Shown here: one piece after another, positions 14,071-28,900 of the stretch
Position numbering within the stretch: position 1 is the first letter of the stretch
Layout of the letters: every line of letters begins with the position of its first letter
DNA from: Daphnia carinata
Lineage: Eukaryota
Assembly: GCF_022539665.2 (NCBI RefSeq)
Contig: NC_081331.1
Coordinates: 6,262,001-6,326,000, forward strand
DNA: 64,000 nt
Reading direction: 5' to 3'
Position numbers and translations under genes: made by a program
The notes under the pieces: model-generated
What the model saw: only the letters and a program-made list of their open reading frames with translations
What the model was told of the DNA's origin: nothing
The model's database searches: none

Positions 14071-15115
14071 GCTCGTTATTTTTTTGCGCTGTAACGTACT
14101 GGCGCGCTAGCATTAGGAAATATTCGCTATGTTAAAAAACGGTTGACTTGATGAAAAAAATAAACAATTTTCCCGGAATCAGCATTCAATTTTAAGTATA
14201 CCCTGTGGTAATCAACAAATTCCAATGAGGGTCAGTTTTAACAACAAACAATTTTAAGCCCGACTAACAAATAAGCCCGACTTTTCATATTTTTTTGTTT
14301 TTTTAGGTTTGATTTAAAAACTCTGAGTCCAATTGCAAAATAAACTTGATTTCCTTGATAAGCATTCAATTCTGAATCAAAATAATTTATTTTAAGCCAA
14401 ATTTGAAATTTGACAAAAAATGAAAAAGTGGGAAGGCTATAGCCTTCTCACTTTTGTCAAAATCGGGCAAAAACGAAATCGTTTGGATTGCAATAAAAAT
14501 CCCACAGTATAATGAAAATTGAACGCTGATTCCGACTCAGCTATTGGTTTTCTCCTTAAGTCAGCCATTTTTTAAAGAAAAGAAAAGAAAGTGCTGTTAG
14601 CGCTCTTTATTTTTTGCGCTGTAGCGTACTGGCACGCTAGCATTGTGTAATATTCGCCGTGTTAAAAAACGGTTAACCTAATAAAAACAACAACAATTTT
14701 ACCGGAATCAGCATTCAATTTTGAGTATACTCTGGGATAATCAACGAATTCCAATGAGTGCCAGTTTTAACAGGAAAAAATTTTAAGCCCGACTAATAAA
14801 TAAGCCCGACTTTTGTTATTTTTTTGTTTTTCAGGTTTAATTTAAAAACTATGAATCCAATTGAAATATTAATTTGATTTTCGTGATTAGCATTTAATTC
14901 TGATTCGAAATCATGTATTTTAAACCAAACTTGAAATTTGGTCAAAAATGAAAAAGTGCAAAGGCAAGAAGTAAGGTTTTGTCAAAATCGGCCAACGACA
15001 TCACTTGGAATTCGACGAAACACGGCATAATCAAAATTGAACGCTGATTTCGATTCAGTGATTGGTTTTCTAATTGAAGCCAGCCGTTTTCAAAATAATA
15101 AAAAAAGTGCTATAA
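14071..15115. repeat. Tandem dimer of a ~530 bp unit with internal inverted repeats, probably a non-autonomous transposon-derived repeat
   Basis: Units ~14071-14601 and ~14602-15115 align end to end (both begin TTTTTGCGCTGTARCGTACTGGCRCGCTAGCATT). Each has doubled AAGCCCGAC and an inverted pair (CGGAATCAGCATTCAATTTT / AAAATTGAACGCTGATTCCG in unit 1). Confidence 0.8.
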
Positions 15116-16154
15116 GTAGACTTGCCGCGATCGCGATCGAAAATTGATCGCTATTATTTTCATTACTGAATGCCAATCTCAAAGCAGTAACATCAAATCA
15201 CAAACATTTAAGGAGAATTACGAATATTGGCTACATTTTTAGATGAAATGTTAAGTTAAAATATATAAAAAGTTAAAAATAAACGTAAAACACGTGCTTT
15301 CATATAGGAATTATCGTGGGACGTTTTCCTAAAAAATCTGACACTTATTGGATCGCGATTAATTTTCATCGCTTTACGGCAGGTTTGCTTATGCGTTCGC
15401 CAGATTAAACTAATACAGGCGAAACTGAACAGATTATTATCAAAACGTATGTTAGGAACGTCTAACCAAAATAAGGAGCAAAACTTTTCGTTTTGTTTTA
15501 ACCCACAGTATCATTTGTTTGGTTTACCCTTAGCAACTCTCTGCCATTCAAAGCAAAAAGGAAATCTTAGATATTGCGCCGATAGACAAACATTTAAAAA
15601 AATTTCTGTTTATTGACAAACTGCAAAGTTTACGACGCTTGAATATCTTCGAACGATACAGAGGAGATTGCTATCATCAAATGAGATTTCAAACTTTTTA
15701 AATCTTCATACTAGGATCATCATATACGATTCTTCCTGAAACACAAAAGAAAACAGATTCTATGCGACACAGTAGCAATAAGTGTTATTTTTTCAGATGG
15801 CAGCGGACTAGCAAAGGATGATTTTTTTTTTTCAAATTAACCGATGAACAATGAAATATGGCACGCATATTTAACACTTCTCAGTGGATTAACCAGTTGC
15901 TCTTACTAAGCCATGATTTATCACACTGATACAAAATTTTTCTCCGGCGATTATTGCTAGTAATTTTCTTCTTAGTATAATCGTTATAAACTTCACTGTC
16001 TTCTTAGAAACGTCATCGTTGGATAATAGGAAATGAAGAATGCGACGATTCGTCTTTGCAAGAAAATAAGCTAGTTGGATTGCAGACCCGATTCAAAGTT
16101 TTCCCCCCGGCCATTATTCAAGCATAACAATTTCCAAAAGAAACAAGGCTATCA

Positions 16155-19100
16155 TCAATGAATCATCTCCATATACTTTTGCTTGTGCTTGGTGAGCATC
16201 TCAGTAACCGTAACCAACTTTTTAATTGTAACCTAAAAAAAAAAAGAAAGATTCATTAGTGTTCGTTCATGTAATAGTTCGGGAATTGTGCCAGAATAAT
16301 ACCTTTGCTTTGGCCATCAGTTGTAGATCTTTTAAATGAGTCACGCAAATGTGGTGCAATGTACCCAGATCTCTAGCTGGATCTCCTCGCACGCCAGAGT
16401 CATCAGCGTCCGGTTTTTCTTTGACATTCTTCGATTGGCGGAAAAATAGCAAAACATGTTATTTTTTTTTTTTTTTTTGTGCGTCAAAAAACTTCAGCAA
16501 ACGCCATAATAATTTAAAAACGAACCGAAAGTTGATCCAAGTAATAAACCATCCGTTCTTTGTTCTTAAGAATGAACGGATTGACAACTTCCATGTAAGG
16601 CTCTTTACCGCCAAATTCGACAAGGTTGGCGAGATTCTGAAGGCATTTGGCCACCATAATGAGCGAGCGGGCCGCGTTGTGCGAAGGCGTTTCCGCGATA
16701 AGGTTAAAATTACGAGGGTTTAAAATGGCCGGGCAAAGGAGGCGTAAGAAAATAAAACCGCTGACTACCCTAGTGCGAACCAGTCGCTCTTGAGGCCAGC
16801 GCGACATCACCTTCCTTTGGAGACAACTGCATATGTATCTAATAGTTCTAAAAGGAAGACGACAAATTTGTAATAGTGCAAAACGAAAATTAAAGACGGT
16901 AACGAACTTAGGACAGGCTTCAGCTGACATGAGGATCGACTCCGTTATTTCGTCCAAGATCTGCAAAAGGAATTCCGCGTTTGCACAGGCATCACCACCG
17001 GGATCCATTTTGGAAGGGTTCAACTGGAAATGTTGATCTCCCGTTAGGATAGGACGATATAAAGATAAGTTCGTTGAAATTTACTTCACAAGACTGCTTC
17101 GCTTCCATTAACTTGTGGATAGTCTCGCTGACGGCAGCCATCAGGAAAGGCGTACAAATCGATTTCATATAATGGTCCATTAGTGTTGTTGTCAACGAGG
17201 CAGCTCTAAACAACGTTGACGTTTCTTCCTCCTTATCAATTTCGGCGTCGTTTAGTGTTTGAAGTAAGTCGGCTTCCTTGCGTTCATGTCTGTGAAACAA
17301 AACGCAAAGAAATTTAATAGCATTCGAGAAAAATAAAATTGGGCAACGCACCTGAATACCCGCAACAACGATGTGGCCAGTGGAACGCGATCTAGATGAC
17401 ACAAGTCTGCCAACGCACGGACAGCCTCTAAATGAGGATCCAGCAATAATTCTGTGAATAAAATTATCTCTATTATTGCCAGATTTTCGCAAACAGACGA
17501 AGTAAACAGAAAAACCTTTAAGGGGAGAGTATTCTTCTTCGGGCATAATCAGATCGTGCAAATATCTCGTGCGCAAGCGAATAGTGCCCCATTCACCCAC
17601 AGGCGTCATTCCCGAGAGATTATACCTACAAAAAATTAAGGGAATAAAAACTAATCAAACAAACGCATATTAAGTGAACTTCATTACCATTCCTCCACTT
17701 CATCACCGTTACTTAGATTGGAAAATTCAACCGTCAATTCAGCTACTTCGGAATCTTTCGAGCGTTTTCCCTTGTTGTTTATGGTTAGGGTTAAGGTTAG
17801 CACGTCCGGTGGAATGTCATCCAGCAAAAATTCTTGGTCCCAGACTGGGTCAGGTCCATTGAAGAATCTTGTACGTGCTACCTTCACCTATAGTAATCGT
17901 GTAACGATAACGACATTTTACCTATTAAAAACCTGAAAACTGGTATAACAGTTAACTAAAGAAGACATACCTGATTGAGCGCAATAACGCAATATGGATT
18001 GGGAACAAGTCGTTGTGGCAGGCGATGGGCTTCTAAAACTGTCAGATGAAGGCAACGGAGTTCGCGAAGCCGATTAATCTTGGGACTGCGAGCTACTTGA
18101 GGAGCGCAAAGGGGCTTGAGTGCGGCGATCCATTCAACCACCGACTCGCCATTGGGTGCTGCCAGGTAGGTCACGGTTGCAAGACAAGGCAAAGCTCGCT
18201 CTACTAGCTGTAAGCAGTAGCTTCGATCAAACAATGAGTCATGAACCTATGTGCACAAATACCAGTTATCGTCATTTGCTCGAAGCATCAACACTTATTG
18301 GCATATACTTGGTAAAGGTACGAACAGGAAAGATCAATAAGTCCACGAGGTTTCGTGCGTTTTGGGTTATCGAAGAAGTACAGTCGGTCTTCACCGTTAT
18401 CGCTCTGAAGCACGAAATGAAGACTTTTCCATTTCTTATTCTTTTCGCTCTTTTTATACAAGTAGCCCTGCATGCGAGCATTCATAGACTTTTTAACACC
18501 CGTTTGCTCACGGCATTCACGGAGGGTGGCGTAGATCTTTTCGGCGCAAGATGAAACATCTCGCGTTGGATCGAGGCGCAAACCCGAACTAGCGACTCCT
18601 CCATCCGTTACACACCGTGAACTTGGTACGAGCAGACCCAACGTGTGACCTAACGATGTGAGAAGAGTTGATGAAGACAAAAACAAAACACAAATGCTAG
18701 TTCAATATTTCTTACCTTCAACAATTTGTTCACACTTGTAGCGACTAATAACCGCATCAAGACAGTTAAAAGTCCTACCACCCATCAAGTAACGAACGCC
18801 TTTTTTCTCAATTCGGAAGCGCTGAATTTGGTTGTTGATATGGAAGAAGAGAGAGTAATCGCCAGGTGAATTGTCGCTCGGCCGCACAAGAAAGCTGCCA
18901 GGACCGGCTGGAGTTTAACAACGTTTTTTTTTTAAATCTCCTCCTCACGTTAATTCAGCTAAGAATGTGGTGGCTACCTTTGACGAGCATATCAACTGCT
19001 TCGTCCTTGGTGATGTTGTCGTGAAACCAGCTAAAAACTTGGTTGGGGTCAATAGTTTCGTCAATGTTTTCCACGAGATCTTGAAACACCAATCCTTGCT

Positions 19101-20141
19101 CGCCAGTCCGGTGTGCCGTCACCCACAACCAACCCTCACCCATGTCGTTATGAACGAAGAAAATATCGCCCTTGTGAAATCTAGAAGAAAATGTTTAGTT
19201 AAAAAAACAGGTTAATTGTAATATGACGACCTGAATATATGCTTACGTCAATTCATCCGTATCTGGCATTTTTGTGTAGGGAAGAATAGCTACTACTTTC
19301 TTTTTGTCGTTGACAGGCTCTGGCGGAGCCACAGGATGTATTAGCCTTTCTTTTTTCAATAGATCGGCAAAGTTTGTATAATAACCGACTAGATCTAAAA
19401 GAGAATCAAATTGCCGTCCTCCAATGTAAAAGTCGCCACATACTGCCGACACTCGAAAGTGATTGACGCCAGTTCGACCCAAGTATGATAATACGTATGA
19501 ACCAGGTTTTCGATCTGATTCGCGAACTAAGTAAGCGCCCAACTTGCCAAAGTCGCGAAGTCGGCTTTCTGAGCCGAATCTATCCAATCTTCCATGATAC
19601 CAACTGAAACAAAAAAAATTTTATTTTTGCAACTATGTAAACTGCTACGATATACAGCAATTATCTAGTAAATATCACTTGTTCACATTACTCGAAGCTG
19701 TAAAACTGTTATTACAATAAAATAAGCTAGTAAATTGCAACACGAAAGTTATAAGTCAGCCTTTCTGGTATTATTATTAAACAGATTAATAGTCCTGCGA
19801 CTGTAGAAATGACAGTTTTGTGTAAATAAAGAAACCAACAAAGCAGACTTAAGGGCACTTTAACTCATAAAATCATATGGAATAAAAATACAAATATTGA
19901 TAACTTACTCGGTCTCTGGAGGGGCGACGAGTGAAACATTGTTGTAGCCATCAATGTCGTCCGCTTCCGTTTGTGATGAAGTAAATGGATCGAAATCTTC
20001 GACACCCAAATCGACATTGTCGTCACTCCCTGTGCTTGGAGAAGCGTGCAATTTTTCTTTTTCCCTTTCGGACCTTGTTTCTTTTTCTTTCGTAGAAGAC
20101 GAGCGGCTCACGCCGAACGCTCCTCTGATGAAGTCCGCCAT
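16155..20141 (-). CDS. RASA1: Ras GTPase-activating protein 1 (p120 RasGAP / vap-like), multi-exon
   Basis: Exons encode SH2 (YLVRESDRKPGSYVLS), SH3 (GEGWLWVT), SH2 (VRPSDNSPGDYSL), PH (QGYLYKKSEKNKKWK), C2 (DPVWDQEF) and the RasGAP signature FLRLLCPAILNP. ATG at 20141; ends ...KYMEMIH then TGA TGA TAG. Confidence 0.95.
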
Positions 20142-20886
20142 CACGAAAAATATCTGCTCCCACTACTTGACATTTAAGACCCAATGTTGTCACGTCGTTC
20201 TAATCCCCACCATCCCTAATCAGCAGTGTTCTACACTTCTACGAGAGGTTCTGCTTCTGCTGTTGCTGTTCCCTCTCATTCCCTCTTCCGTGATTACTGA
20301 TTCGCTCTTTACTTTTAAGTTTTCAGTTTTCCGTTTTATGACATAATCGGTTCTTTCTTGTCTACTTGTCGGTACTGGAACCAATCCTTGTGGCTACCAT
20401 ATGACTCTGCTTTGACCATACCAGTACATCTTGAAAGCATTTTTGCTAGTGTCTCGGCGAATGTTAGAAGTGAACAATACAAGCAGCGTTCTGTAGCCAG
20501 TGTTTCTTCTATATTTATCATATAAGACGAAATCGTATCGCATGAGTGGCTTGACCCATATTCGTAAGAAGTTTTGAAATCGAATCAGCTTTGATAACAC
20601 TTAACATAATATTTTGCTAAATATAATTTTATTTTCTTGTCAAACCTGCGTTCACAAAATAATGTAATAACATTTTGTGTGTCATCGGCTACGCAACCAA
20701 CGCAAGATACCCACTTTATCTAGAAAAGCACGGGTTGCGTAACCCACTGTGTTCATGTAAACAACAGCTAACTGTGATTGTGTGTAAATATCCACAATCA
20801 GCACAAAGTAGCAGCCAGGGTAAATTCCATTATCCAGGCTGCCAGTTTCATTTCTAGAGGAAAATTTCGGCAGAATGTGAATTAAG

Positions 20887-21635
20887 ATGTCGCGGAATCT
20901 GACCATGCTTTTCACAAAGTATCCTATTTCGAGAGGCATGGTTGTATATGCTGTACTGTGGCCCAGTTCAGATTTATTTCGCCAAGCAGCTACTAATGGA
21001 ATCCAAAAAGATAGAACGTACGCAACTGGTTTTATAGTAACTATGCTTGTTGTCTCGTATAAAATAGTTGAAGGAAAAAGCTCCATATCTAATACTTAAC
21101 ATTTATAAAATATTGGGTATAGACAATGTTCATTACATTTTGTTTGTGTTTACAGAACATCTACTGATACATCAAGACTTGCTAGGTTCTCTTTATTTGG
21201 TACTTTGTGGGTTGCACCCACAGTGTTTACTTGGGTTAAAATATCAAGCAGACTTATCCCTGGATCAAGTCTGCAAGTTGCAGCATTCAAAGCACTACTT
21301 GAGCAATTTACTTATGGCCCATTTAGCATTGTCACTTTTTATTTTGGAATGAACATACTAGAAGGCAAAAGCTCCAAAGAGGCTTGGCAAGAAGTACAGA
21401 ATAAATTTCTACCAACATGGAAGGTAATGGTGATAAATTATTTGTAGGTACTTTAATCGATTTTGTTTCACAACCATTCAAGATGGGAGTCAAGTTTTGG
21501 CCTATTGTGCAAACTTTAAACTTTGCATTGGTACCGGAAAGAAACCGAGTTGTATTTGTTGGTTTGGCAAGTTTTGTCTGGACAACTTATCTATCGTTTA
21601 TGGAAATCAGCCCGTCACAGTGCAAGAAAATCTAA
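20887..21635 (+). CDS. Mpv17/PMP22 family membrane protein, 3 exons
   Basis: Spliced product contains LWPSSD..Q, RLARFSLFG, KALLEQFTYGP, KFLPTWK, FWPIVQTLNFALVPERNRVVFV and WTTYLS, which are characteristic Mpv17/PMP22 motifs. Confidence 0.9.
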
Positions 21636-21964
21636 CCTTTGTACATTTGTCCAATTTTGCCAAATGCCATACAAATTGTAGCAATATAAATTTCTCATTT
21701 AAAAACTTTAATAAGATTTTCAGAACCATGAGGTGGTTTTAATCATTTCCTTTATTTAAAAACGGGCGACATGCATCATTTCGAAGGATCAGAAAAAGGT
21801 ACCGTTCGTCTTAGGAGAGAAGATGAAAATAACGAAATAAATGTTTGGCAGATTACTTGAAATGAATTGCATGAAGAGGGTTTATTTAGAGTATATGGGA
21901 AATTTGTAATGAATGCAAAAAGCCGCAACGTGCGGAACGGGTCACGAAAATAAAGATAAAGATT

Positions 21965-24652
<2,688 letters not shown>

Positions 24653-25495
24653 TTGTAGATATTCTTAAAAGTTAAAGCTATCAAAAAATGCTGTAAACAC
24701 GTAAAACTGAAGAAACTTCGGCGCCAGCTTGTAAGCCTAGTCGAGGCAATACCACAAGACAACGTTTTTAAAAACAAATGGAGGTAGAAATATTATCTGC
24801 AGCACTTGCAAGAATTTCCAAGACGACGAAGACTGCCAACCGCTTGGCGGTCGCTGCAACGCTCAACTGGGCGCACTCGCTTCCAAACAACACAGACATA
24901 CCCGGCTTTTCAGCATGTCCCCAATCCCCACCCTCCTCCTCCTATCTCCCCCTCCATGTCTTTCTCTTTACACTATTCTATGAAGGTGTTTTTTTCTTCT
25001 TCGGCCTGCCCTTATCGTTTCTTGTGTATGGAGTTCCCTATTCGATTCACCGCAACCACTGTATACAGAGAGCGCCGTCTCACCTCTTAGATAAGAACTG
25101 TGTACATCCACATAGTGCTCTCTGCAAACTTCAGTCGTCAGTAAACTTCTTATATCAGCTAAAATAACCCACAGCAACCAAAGAGTAAACAAAAAAAGAA
25201 AGAAAAAAAATGCATAGATTCTGCCTGAACAGGTTTTGTTAGAATAGAACTAGTCTTATTGTGACAACATAGCCATAGATATACCTGACCATTGTTTTTG
25301 GTTTTTAGGTGAGTCTGGGAAGGGAACCTGTTAATCTAGTGTTGATCACAACACGTCACGGAATTAGGGTTAGTTATGATCCATTGATCCACCACCCTTT
25401 CTAATATCCAAATGGTCAATTCATGAACCCAATTATTGATCCCAATAGATTTCGAAATTTATACGTAAAAACAGCTTTTTACTGAATCCTTAGAG

Positions 25496-25985
25496 TGTGC
25501 TTTGGAGTTTTCTGAGAAGCCTTTTGTCAGCTGCTTTACGGATCTTTCAGTCGGTCCAAGTGGAGCACAGAATATTGATTGTTGGGCATAATGCCACAGA
25601 AGCATATTACCACCTTTCTTACCATAAACATTCAACAGAAAAGATCTTGTTTCTTTTTCACGTAACTGACGGTGGCAAACCTTGGGAACCTCTTGAGATG
25701 GTATTTGAAAGCAAGAACAATAAACAAAAAGAGGCATTATTATTATTGTTTTATGTCGCATTATAAAAAGTGTTCAACTGAAGAACGTCAGTGAGATAAA
25801 TAGATGTGGAAAGGCAACTGCATGTAGTACTATGTTCACCACAGTGTGCGAGGATTTTCGCTTCGACAGATGACACAAGTGAATTATTATTATAGTGCTA
25901 TTGAATGGTTCATGAATGACGGCCCTTGGCTACAGCTTTTTCCATCATGCACGTCAAAAAGACATTTGAAAGTTTTAGTTGCACA
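25496..25985 (+). ncRNA. Candidate multi-hairpin (H/ACA-like) non-coding RNA inside a putative intron of a transcript divergent from AGPS
   Basis: Several imperfect hairpins found by eye, most followed by ANANNA/ACA-type motifs, lying between a GTGAGT donor (25309) and a pyrimidine-rich AG acceptor (26161). No convincing ORF. Confidence 0.25.
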
Positions 25986-28900
25986 TACGAAATTATATTG
26001 GGCGAGTGGGACACTGCTGTATGCGACTGGACGTTATTGCCCGTTTTATTTCGTCTTGCCATGTTTTTATTAAGGTTCTTCTGATGTGTTGTTTCTTGGT
26101 TTTCGCCTTTTATATGCTTTTGCTTATTTCGCTTTCTTTTCTTTTACTGGATATCTTTTAGGCAACGACCGTAACGACATGGGCTGCAGGAAACTTCTTC
26201 ACGAATAGAAGATATAGGAATGGGCGCCATGATGGATGAAGGAAAACATAACGACGAACGGCCCAATGTTTTATTGATCACCATGCGGCAGTCACCGTTT
26301 TCATTCGACACTTCCAGTCTGCTCAGTTCTTCTTTTTAGTCTTTTAACCCTATAGAATAAAGCTGTAACTTTAATGTATTCTATTGCTAAATAACGTTTT
26401 CAACAAAACAAAGCACGTTTCAACCTGGAATATCAAACTGGAAGTGAGTTGGCGTATGCACCGCCAAAGACCCACAGGAAATAGTTCAACGACTGTTAAA
26501 GTGAAACTTTTACGATTTTTCGCACTAGTGATATCTGAGCAATATGTGAGAGACGGTCCAATCTTAATTTTAGGCATTATAATACGAAAACTATTTAGTA
26601 TACTACCTTTAAGCTGTTAAGATAACATTTCTCTACTCGATATGCACCTTTTGATCCGAAGCTTCAGCGCCAGCGGATATTTTCTATAAGGAAAAATGTT
26701 ATAAAAAACATTTGCATATGGAGCTGGGTCAATATTTTCTAGCTTGGGTTGCTTAGCGTAAAATCAAATGTAAAAATACTTGCCTGGTTTTATTTTAACC
26801 CCTGGAGTCTATGGAGCCATTCTGGTTTTCCGAGATTCATAACAGAAGCGGCTCCGGATTGTTCTTGTTTAGCGAAGATTTCCAGGGAGACAATTTTGTG
26901 ACTCCATTTCAATTATTACGCCCTAAAATACTGCTTTATCTTAAACAAACTATGAGATAACTTTCGTTAGTGACACACTGTTTTGAATTTCTTTTATGTA
27001 ACTATAACGGCCCGCATTAGATTAAAACAACATTAAAAACAAAAAAAAATAAATAAAAATAAACAACCGGAATCGAAAGACCTGAAAATGGAAAGAAAAA
27101 GAGAAAGGAAATGTTACGAAAAAGGTCAAATTCCGCTTCCTTCTCACTCTCTCCCTCTTCAAGGGGACAGACAGCCGGACTCTCCTAGGGTAATTTTTAT
27201 TTTTTTCCTTCAGGCTACAACAGGGCCCACACGTACATTGTTCCCCTGGTCTAGGTAGACAAGCGTATGTTATTTCGTTCAATTTTTGTTTTTCTAATGA
27301 TGTGGAGACTAAAAAGGGAAACAAAAAAGAACGATAGAGCCGGTTAGCTAGTGAAAACATACCCTTTATGCTAGATGTAAAAGTATTCTATGCGTTTAAT
27401 AAACATTTTCTATCTAGCATTTCGCATGACGTTTCAAGCGTTCATTATAGTAAAAGTGCTAGATTGACGCGGACGCCAGAGGCGAGGAATTACGTCGTGC
27501 ACTAGTCATATTTGGATACGCGATGTTACCTGTGCGATGTGGCCTACTTCCAATCGTATACAAGAAGCGGTTTTCTTTTTAAAATAGTAAGCGGAACCGA
27601 GAAAAGAAAACGATTTAGGCCGTGAGTGGGCTCAGCCGCAGGCTAGAAGAAATCCGACAACCTTCTCCTAAATTTAACTCACAAAAAATAAATAAAACCA
27701 AAATAACTACTGTACAAGATCATACGGAACTCCGACGTTGTGCTGGTTCTGACATAATATCCGTAACCAGAAGATTTTTAAAATCACATTTCCACTATTT
27801 GTAAATAAAGGGATTCAAAATGGTTTTTAAAAAACTGTAAAAGAAAACAGAAAAAAAGGCGTGATGTGTGTAAATATGGATTCAATCGCGGGCTAGAAAT
27901 AGACACTTCTCATTTTAATTACACTTTCTTTTAACAAATCCATTCTTTGGAGCTTCCTTGATTATTTCTTCCAGGAAATACGGAAAGCGTGGGTAAAGTC
28001 AGCTTTTTCCCGTCATACGTCTAGTTGGAAAGCCATCTATAGTCCTTAACACACAACCACATGGCTTTTGTCGAATTTCATCCATAAAGACATCCGTGAA
28101 ACTATGGGCGGTTGAGGTAATAAACGTCGTTGCGAGGTCTAATCTACTTTCTTCTAATACCAGTTTCAGTTTTCGATTAACCTTTCAGAAGGACTTTTAT
28201 GTTCATTTGAAACCAGATTGTAGTTTTACCATAATTGGAGAGGTCAAGAATAGGACAAAACCGAAGTTCGTGCTATCAAAAAAAGAGTTTTTTCGGGGAA
28301 AATCCTATGCCACCAGGTACAAACGGCATTCTTGACGTCACCAACTTTTCTCTAGTGGGCGAAATACGTGACGAATGACTGATACTACTATAACACGCAG
28401 AAAATGACGAGAAACCATGCGCCTCGGAGGCAACCAATCATTATCGTAACTCTCGCCATCTGCTGGGGAAATTTTTTACTCAATGGATGAAACATATTTT
28501 TGCATTCGTTGAATCGAACTGATAAACGCGTAAAATCTTTCACTACCGCAAAATCTACCCCCCCCTTTTATTTCATTCATGCATACCACACTTGAATAAG
28601 TAAAAATTAAATATAAACGCCCTTGAAATTTTCTGTTGCCGTTGTATCACCCTAAACTATTTTCGAGATACTATATGTAAGCACGGAACGCGGAATAGGA
28701 AATTGTAATTTTCTGTAGTGCTCCAGTACTGAACCAAAAAAAAAGAAATGAAAGAAATGTTAGTTGAATTCTTGTGATCTTGCTAAGTTAATCTTGAATC
28801 TACTTTCAAAGAAGTGATAGGGCAATTTGCGCTTCTAGTCTTCCGTCCAATAAAAGTCACTTCATTAAGATGTCAATACTTCTAAAAATTCCATTGACAC

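Noticed and set aside
81..14094. Many 60-214 aa ORFs around G-alpha-o (e.g. 3473-4117, 9536-10177)
   Set aside because: They are low-complexity translations of microsatellite and homopolymer tracts, with no recognisable domains or exon structure.
16149..16157. Triple stop TGA TGA TAG after RasGAP
   Set aside because: Tandem stops are common and there is no readthrough ORF to explain.
24778..25167. 129 aa ORF divergent from AGPS
   Set aside because: No recognisable domain and the composition looks like promoter/UTR sequence; treated as non-coding.
25364..25373. TTAGGGTTAG (minus strand CTAACCCTAA) resembling a telomerase RNA template
   Set aside because: It would template TTAGGG, whereas the usual arthropod repeat is TTAGG. 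No pseudoknot is visible, and the H/ACA-like boxes lie on the other strand.
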